A stretch of 53,330 bases of DNA, taken from Atopobium sp. (GTDB taxonomy: Bacteria > Actinomycetota > Coriobacteriia > Coriobacteriales > Atopobiaceae). Of the stretch, positions 47,646 to 53,330 are shown piece after piece; the stretch's first letter is position 1, and every line of letters begins with the position of its first letter. Below the pieces are notes generated by a model. It saw nothing but the letters and a program-made list of their open reading frames with translations. It searched no databases and was not told where the DNA came from. The stretch is from assembly GCA_018376005.1 (NCBI GenBank), contig JAHACE010000001.1:1-53330 (forward strand), written 5' to 3'. A program made the translations under genes and the position numbers.

Positions 47646-48050
47646 TTAAGCAGAAAGCTTTGCACCAAGGCCGCGAAGAGCCTCAAGAGCATCGTCATCT
47701 GGCTCAAGGTTGCAGATAAAAGTCTCAACAACGTTGACGCCCTCTGCCTCGGCATTCTGCTTCCAAGTCTCCATCCAGTCGCCGGTTCCCCAGTCGTAAG
47801 AACCAAAGAGAGCGGTTGGCTTCTGACCAAGCTTGCCAGCGCAATCGTTGAAGAGCTCCTCAAAATCAGGATCAAGCTCCTCGTCACCCATGGCAGGGCA
47901 ACCAAAAGCAAATGCATCGTACTGATCGCACATATCTGCAGAGAACTCAGAAGACTCAATAGCCTCGGTGTCTGCAGCACTTGCAAGCTCTTTTGCCATT
48001 GCCTCAGTATTGCCCGTCATGGACCAATACACAACTGCTACTTTACTCAT
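47646..48050 (-). CDS. Short-chain flavodoxin
   Basis: YWSMTGNTE, GCPAMGDE, FGSYDWG. Confidence 0.95.
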   Translation of the reverse strand: MSKVAVVYWSMTGNTEAMAKELASAADTEAIESSEFSADMCDQYDAFAFGCPAMGDEELDPDFEELFNDCAGKLGQKPTALFGSYDWGTGDWMETWKQNAEAEGVNVVETFICNLEPDDDALEALRGLGAKLSA

Positions 48051-48134
48051 ACATTTCCTCCTTCTGTGTCCAGGTTCCCCCTGGAAAACTACACATTACT
48101 TTCAATACCTCAACAAGAAATTCAAGCACGCCCC

Positions 48135-48881
48135 TTATGCAACCTGACATTTCTTGGTATTGCCATACGATGAGAGAATCTGCGCTAAAGATTCCCCTTG
48201 ATAAAAACGATGCTTGCACTGGTCTTCTGCATCTTTAAGTCTTTCGAGACGCAGGCGAGTTTCTTCCGTGTTGTCATAGACTTTCCAAGCACCAGTAAAA
48301 AGCTCAGACTGTCCATTCATAAAGCCCTGAACATCAGTAAGTGGATAGCCCAGTACCAGTCCAATCTCGTGCGGAAACGCGGCTTTCCTTGCGTGAAAAG
48401 CAAAAATTCTTGAACGCATGCTCTTCATCAACGCCTGTACGGACTCAGTGGAATGGCCAAAGGCAGCCAGAAACTCACAGTGCTCTGATTTGGCGAGAAT
48501 ATCCTCAACAAGCTCAGGTCTATAGGCAACAAACGTCACCTTTCCGCCAGAAATAGCAGAGGTAGCAAGAAGCGTTACCCCAAACAGTGAGAGCTCGTGA
48601 GTAGCGTTGCATAGAAATGACCTCAACGTTGGATCAGTGCAGACAAGACTTGCACAAGAGCTACAAGACTTATGAGAAGCAAATGAAAAGAGCGCGGCCG
48701 GCTTAACGTGAGCAATAACACCAGCAGCACAGCGAACAAATGTTGTTGCAAAATCATGACAGAGCTCGGGAGCATACGCTCTCTTACCCTCATTAAAAAC
48801 AGGCTTTTTATCAGCAGAATAGGTATAGGGAGAAGGAACGTCTAGGAGCGATGAATTCTCAAAAGAAGTAAGACAATCCAT
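48135..48881 (-). CDS. DUF3793 family protein
   Basis: CAAGVIAHVKPAAL and FPHEIGLVLGYPLTDVQGF...WKVY motifs; flavodoxin neighbour. Confidence 0.8.
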   Translation of the reverse strand: MDCLTSFENSSLLDVPSPYTYSADKKPVFNEGKRAYAPELCHDFATTFVRCAAGVIAHVKPAALFSFASHKSCSSCASLVCTDPTLRSFLCNATHELSLFGVTLLATSAISGGKVTFVAYRPELVEDILAKSEHCEFLAAFGHSTESVQALMKSMRSRIFAFHARKAAFPHEIGLVLGYPLTDVQGFMNGQSELFTGAWKVYDNTEETRLRLERLKDAEDQCKHRFYQGESLAQILSSYGNTKKCQVA

Positions 48882-48901
48882 ACCGTACTTGCTCCCTTCT
48901 T

Positions 48902-49046
48902 AAAAATGCGCCGTCGACTAAAAGGGAGCCGACGGCGCCTGGATTCCGGACCCTTGGAGAGGGGAAAGGTTCCGGGCTGATAAAGCAATTTTGTTAGAAC
49001 TAGCTCCTGTTATATAAAAACCTTAACAAGTTAGCCTCTTCTAACT
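48902..49046 (-). ncRNA. Candidate structured leader / small RNA with C-rich loops
   Basis: Promoter-like TTGCAT-N16-TACACT (49080-49053), two hairpins with loops CCCCUCUCC and CCCUUUU, terminal U run. Confidence 0.4.
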
Positions 49047-49072
49047 ATTTAAAGTGTAAGCCATAGCTAACT
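49029..49072. promoter_or_regulatory. Tandem TTAG-N6-CTAA palindromes (DtxR/MntR-family-like operators)
   Basis: AGTTAGCCTCTTCTAACT (49029-49046) and TGTAAGCCATAGCTAACT (49055-49072) overlap the promoter. Confidence 0.55.
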
Positions 49073-49122
49073 AAATGCAAGAGAAAACTCAAAATATTTT
49101 TACTTTTTGACAATTCAAGCAG

Positions 49123-49161
49123 AAAAAAGCTCCCGCCTCTTACAAATAAGAAACGGGAGCT
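49123..49161 (-). terminator. Terminator of the P1B-ATPase operon
   Basis: AGCTCCCG...CGGGAGCT followed by a T run on the minus strand. Confidence 0.65.
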
Positions 49162-49205
49162 CTAACGCGATCTAAAGAAGCGCTTTGTTGACGCACAAGT
49201 ACGTT

Positions 49206-51374
49206 CTAGGCAGCTTGTCCTTCAGTTAAAAGCATCTTTACCTCAGAAGGAACATTAGGGTTATGAGCTGCAGTGGTAAGCAGTGACCTTGTGTTTGCAA
49301 GCGTTACCATAAGTGTCAGAAGATTGTGCATATATGCAGCAGCACTTACGGTAATAAGACCTGCAACGCCTGCAGCAATGAAAGAGCTGTTCAGCGCAAC
49401 AATCGTACGATAGTCGGCGTGAATCCTCTTCATTACCTGCTGGCCTAAAAGACGCATGATTACCAGCGATTCAAGCGAATCATTCTTAATCGAAATATCC
49501 GCAACTGCGCGAGCAATATCAGTTGCATCAGACAGAGCCAGTGAAACATCAGATACGGCTAGTGCAGGTGAATCGTTAATACCATCGCCTACCATTGCAA
49601 CGGTGTAGCCCTCCTGCTGGAACTTCTTAACATACTCGCACTTATCCTCTGGGAGAATCTGTGCCACATAGTCATCAAGACCAAGCTTCTTAGCAACACT
49701 TGCTGCAACGTTTTCTGAGTCGCCAGTCAACATAACCATACGCTTAACACCAAGAGCACGGAGCTGCGTAATAGTTGCTGCTGCATCTTCCCTTACAGGA
49801 TCGGTAATACAAATTGCTGCAATAAGTTTTGAATCCTCGGACATAAAGATAATGGACGAGGTTGGAGCAATCTGTGCAAGGTCGTCTTGAATTCCCTCGG
49901 GCATTGGGGTCTTCTCGTCATCAAAAATGAAGTGAGCTGAGCCAATGCAGACCTCTTTGTTGTTAACCTTGGTACGAATACCGTGAGCAACAACATACTT
50001 AACCTCTGCGTGGAACTCGTCATTGTGCTTGAGGCCACGTACCTTTGCCTCGTTCACAATTGCTCGAGCCATGCTGTGTGGGAAGTGCTCCTCAATACAT
50101 GCAGCAAGACGCAGAAGCTGGTCCTCGGTGCGACCACAGAAGCTGACAATGCACTCAACATGTGGAACTGCCTTTGTCAGCGTACCGGTCTTATCAAAGA
50201 CGATAAGATCAGCCGCAGCGATCTTCTCGAGGTATTTTCCGCCCTTAACCGTCATGCCAAACTTAGCTGCCTCATCCATTGCGCTACCCACTGCAACAGG
50301 AGTGGAAAGCTTAATGGCGCAGGAATAGTCAACCATAAGAACGGTCATAGCCTTAGTGATGTTTCGGGTAATGCCCCAAATACCAAAGAAGGCGAGGAAG
50401 CTGTAAGGAACCAATGCATCAGAAAGGCGCTCTGCCTTAGACTGTGCGCCAGCCTTAAGTTCAGCAGACTGCTCAACCATATCAACAATATTGTCGATAC
50501 GAGACATTCCTGGAGGAGCAGTGACGCTTACCATAAGGTCACCGTCTTCAAGGGCGGTGCCTGCGTAAACGGTTGAGCCAGGCTCTTTGGTAACAAGGCG
50601 AGACTCACCTGTCATGGCGGCCTCGTTCATCTGGCCAATGCCTTCAACAACTTTGCCGTCAACAGGAAGAACGCCACCAGCGCGCTGGTGCAAAATCATA
50701 CCCTTCTCAACCTCAGAAAGGGCAATCATAACGTCCTTGCCGTCAATACGAGCCCAGACGTTCTCAGAACGAGTGATTAGGCCATCACGAAGTGCAAGAC
50801 GTGCTCGGCTTGCCACGTGGTTCTCCATAGCAGCAGACAGCTCAAGCAAGAACATGACCGTAGATGCATCTGCCCACTCATTTCTTAGAATTGAAGTGGT
50901 GATAGCAGTTGCGTCCAAAACCTCAACGGTCAGCTCTTTCTTAAATAGGCGCTTAACGCCTTCCACGACAAATGGAATGGCGCGGAGAATGACATAGGCA
51001 TAGTTAGCAACTGCAGGTAGTGGCAAAGAACGCATAATCCAGCGGCGTGCGAATGTGGTCACAACCTCCATCTGGAAACGATTGTTCTCAAGAGCCATCT
51101 CAATTGAGCTGCAGAAGTCTTCAAGGCCTGCCTCTTCTTCTCGTGGCAAGTTCAAGACCTCAAAGGCGCCAACAGCCGCAAGTACCTGATCTCTCTTGAG
51201 AGGATCAAACCTTAGCAAGAGAGAACCGTTTGCCATGTGAACTTCAGCGTGACGAACTCCATCAACACGCATCAGCTCATAGGAAATACCACGGGCTTCA
51301 GCATCATCAATATGACCCAGGTCGCATTTTGCACGAATGCGACCTGAGATTTCATTAGTAATTGTGAAGCGCAT
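49206..51374 (-). CDS. Heavy-metal P1B-type ATPase with SCA motif
   Basis: TGES, VDYSCA, DKTGT, GDGINDSPA, C-terminal HN. Confidence 0.93.
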   Translation of the reverse strand: MRFTITNEISGRIRAKCDLGHIDDAEARGISYELMRVDGVRHAEVHMANGSLLLRFDPLKRDQVLAAVGAFEVLNLPREEEAGLEDFCSSIEMALENNRFQMEVVTTFARRWIMRSLPLPAVANYAYVILRAIPFVVEGVKRLFKKELTVEVLDATAITTSILRNEWADASTVMFLLELSAAMENHVASRARLALRDGLITRSENVWARIDGKDVMIALSEVEKGMILHQRAGGVLPVDGKVVEGIGQMNEAAMTGESRLVTKEPGSTVYAGTALEDGDLMVSVTAPPGMSRIDNIVDMVEQSAELKAGAQSKAERLSDALVPYSFLAFFGIWGITRNITKAMTVLMVDYSCAIKLSTPVAVGSAMDEAAKFGMTVKGGKYLEKIAAADLIVFDKTGTLTKAVPHVECIVSFCGRTEDQLLRLAACIEEHFPHSMARAIVNEAKVRGLKHNDEFHAEVKYVVAHGIRTKVNNKEVCIGSAHFIFDDEKTPMPEGIQDDLAQIAPTSSIIFMSEDSKLIAAICITDPVREDAAATITQLRALGVKRMVMLTGDSENVAASVAKKLGLDDYVAQILPEDKCEYVKKFQQEGYTVAMVGDGINDSPALAVSDVSLALSDATDIARAVADISIKNDSLESLVIMRLLGQQVMKRIHADYRTIVALNSSFIAAGVAGLITVSAAAYMHNLLTLMVTLANTRSLLTTAAHNPNVPSEVKMLLTEGQAA

Positions 51375-51377
51375 GAA

Positions 51378-51680
51378 TTATGCCTGTGCGCCCTCTGCGT
51401 CGACCTGCTTGGTAACCTCAGCGCGGATACCCTCCTCGAGCTCAGCAAGGCGAGCGCGAACTGCAGCGTCAATCTTGGACTCACGACGAGCCTCAGCGAC
51501 AACGTCGTTAGCCTCGTCAACGACGTTCTGAGTCTCTGCGGAAACGCGGTCAGTTACGCGAAGACCACATGCAGTTGCCTTGACAGCTGCCTTGTGAAGA
51601 GTGCCGTTAGAAGCAAGACCAGCAACAACGCCAGCAAGTGCAGCGCCACCGGCTGCGAGACACCAATTGTTCAGTTTCAT
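51378..51680 (-). CDS. Small partner protein of the P1B ATPase (DUF1490/DUF6110-like)
   Basis: 100 aa; hydrophobic N-terminus plus amphipathic helix; 3 nt upstream of the ATPase. Confidence 0.7.
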   Translation of the reverse strand: MKLNNWCLAAGGAALAGVVAGLASNGTLHKAAVKATACGLRVTDRVSAETQNVVDEANDVVAEARRESKIDAAVRARLAELEEGIRAEVTKQVDAEGAQA

Positions 51681-51966
51681 AAAAATCCCCCATCTGCTAT
51701 TTGCAAATTAATCGGTTAATGACCTATTGAAGATAAAATTTTTTTACGAAAAAAACAAGTGAAAATCATTACTAATTAGTTATCCTAATAAAACAATTGT
51801 ACACAAGTAATTTCTTACCTGCGAAAACGTTTCCTATGGTTAGCCATGGTATACATATAAATTTTGTGAAGATGCCGCTCTGAGGCGTTACTTAAATTAT
51901 TGATATTTGTTCGTATAGGTTAACAACTAAATGAAAATAACAACTATTCTGTGTCGTTACTATGAA

Positions 51967-51990
51967 AAATAAATTGTATACAATTTATTT
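51967..51990. promoter_or_regulatory. OhrR-type operator
   Basis: Perfect 24-bp palindrome AAATAAATTGTATACAATTTATTT, matching the AATTGTA/TACAATT half-sites of the Bacillus OhrR operator. Confidence 0.75.
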
Positions 51991-52079
51991 GTGTTAAGCT
52001 AATCCAAGCGGGGTACACTACCCATTACACAAAGCCATCCAATGCTTCGGACAATCCGTGGCTAGTTGAAAGGAACATC

Positions 52080-52634
52080 ATGGCAAACACCAATATCTAT
52101 GACCTCTCCGTAGAAGAGCGTGACGGCTCCGTAACTTCCCTCTCCTCTTTTGATGGAAAGGTTCTTCTGATTGTCAACACTGCAACTGGCTGCGGCTTTA
52201 CCCCACAGTATGAGGATCTTGAGCGCATTTACGCTGCTTATAAAGATCAAGGCTTTGAGATTTTAGACTTCCCTTGCAATCAGTTTGCAGACCAAGCCCC
52301 AGAGTCCGATGAAGAGATTCACCAGTTCTGTACTATGAAGTTTGGTACCAATTTCCCACAGTTCAAAAAGGGCGACGTTAACGGAGAGACCGCAAACCCT
52401 CTCTTTGAGCGCCTTGCAACAGCTTTCCCCTTCCAAGGCTTTGGTAAGGGTATCAAGGCTCTTGCGCTGGACAAATTTGCAAAGGCAAACAACAAGAAGT
52501 TTGGTGACAAGGCTTATATCATGTGGAACTTCACTAAATTCCTTGTAGACCGTCAGGGAAACGTTGTTGCACGCTTTGAGCCAACCACCGATATGGCAGA
52601 AGTTGAGTCTGCAATTAAAAACCTACTTGCGTAA
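52080..52634 (+). CDS. Glutathione peroxidase family protein (Cys type)
   Basis: VNTATGCGFTPQY, FPCNQF, WNFTKFL. Confidence 0.95.
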   Translation: MANTNIYDLSVEERDGSVTSLSSFDGKVLLIVNTATGCGFTPQYEDLERIYAAYKDQGFEILDFPCNQFADQAPESDEEIHQFCTMKFGTNFPQFKKGDVNGETANPLFERLATAFPFQGFGKGIKALALDKFAKANNKKFGDKAYIMWNFTKFLVDRQGNVVARFEPTTDMAEVESAIKNLLA

Positions 52635-52655
52635 GGCGAGAGGACCGATTTACTC

Positions 52656-53171
52656 ATGAGTTCTTCTCAAAAAGAAATACAGTCCGTTGCGGCCGCTAGC
52701 ACTTTTGCTAGCGGCACTTCTACACTCGACAACTCCCCCGATATCCCCGAGCTTCTCCTCAAAAACCAGCTCTGTTTCCCGCTCTACAGTGCCTCAAAAG
52801 AAGTGGTGCGAAGGTATACGCCGCTGCTTAAGCCCTTTAATATGACGTATACACAATACATTGCCATGATGGCGCTTTGGGAACATGAATCCTTGGATGT
52901 CAAAACCTTAGGTGAGCTTTTATTTCTTGATTCAGGTACTTTGACCCCACTTCTCAAAAAGCTTGAAGAAAAAGGTTTTGTCCTGCGTCAAAAAACAGGT
53001 AAAGACGGACGTCAGCTGATTGTTTCTCTTACCCAAAAAAGCAAAGACCTTAGGCGAGAAATACAAATAGTCCCACATCAGATTGGCTCATGCGTTAATC
53101 TCTCGCCCGAAGAGGGCGCTGAACTTAAACGATTGCTTTTAAAAGTTCTCTCTAACGTTACAGAAAGCTAG
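52656..53171 (+). CDS. ohrR: MarR-family regulator, OhrR-like
   Basis: NQLCFPLY (sensing Cys), TYTQY, LDSGTLTPLLKKLE. Confidence 0.8.
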   Translation: MSSSQKEIQSVAAASTFASGTSTLDNSPDIPELLLKNQLCFPLYSASKEVVRRYTPLLKPFNMTYTQYIAMMALWEHESLDVKTLGELLFLDSGTLTPLLKKLEEKGFVLRQKTGKDGRQLIVSLTQKSKDLRREIQIVPHQIGSCVNLSPEEGAELKRLLLKVLSNVTES

Positions 53172-53178
53172 ATTTACT

Positions 53179-53330
53179 ATGACCCAATCACAGGTAACTA
53201 TAACCTCTTCTGAACGTGAAACTGCCATTGTACGCACTAGCGCCATTGGCATTACTGCCAATGTTGCACTTGCGGCATTCAAAGCAGCTGTGGGCATTTT
53301 ATCTAACTCAATTGCTGTTACTCTTGATGC
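53179..53330 (+). CDS. Cation diffusion facilitator transporter (partial; runs off right edge)
   Basis: Manual translation MTQSQVTITSSERETAIVRTSAIGITANVALAAFKAAVGILSNSIAVTLD, a typical CDF TM1-TM2. Confidence 0.75.
   Translation, partial: MTQSQVTITSSERETAIVRTSAIGITANVALAAFKAAVGILSNSIAVTLD

Noticed and set aside
1..53330. Mobile elements, CRISPR arrays, tRNA/rRNA, defence systems
   Set aside because: No transposase, integrase, regularly spaced repeats or recognisable RNA genes seen by eye; tRNAscan and Rfam were not run

Overview
Chromosomal window of a host-associated anaerobic actinobacterium; gene content and signal peptides suggest Coriobacteriia/Atopobiaceae (inference). The conserved minus-strand backbone rpsA...coaE...uvrB...uvrA-uvrC...rapZ is interrupted by accessory blocks. 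Block 1 is a sialic-acid catabolic cluster (Dpp-type ABC transporter, two CE7 esterase paralogues, nanA, ROK kinase, nanE). Block 2 is a NitT/TauT ABC transporter, three peptidases, an Opp system with two binding proteins, and an LPXTG surface protein. Beyond rpsA lies a metal/redox locus (HMA protein, flavodoxin, DUF3793, SCA-motif P1B ATPase, glutathione peroxidase, OhrR-like regulator, CDF transporter). The most notable observations are a CE7 paralogue lacking its nucleophilic Ser and coupled to an intact partner, and a candidate metal-repressed C-rich sRNA/attenuator upstream of DUF3793-flavodoxin. Candidate LexA and OhrR operators are also visible. I saw no rRNA, tRNA, CRISPR array or mobile element.
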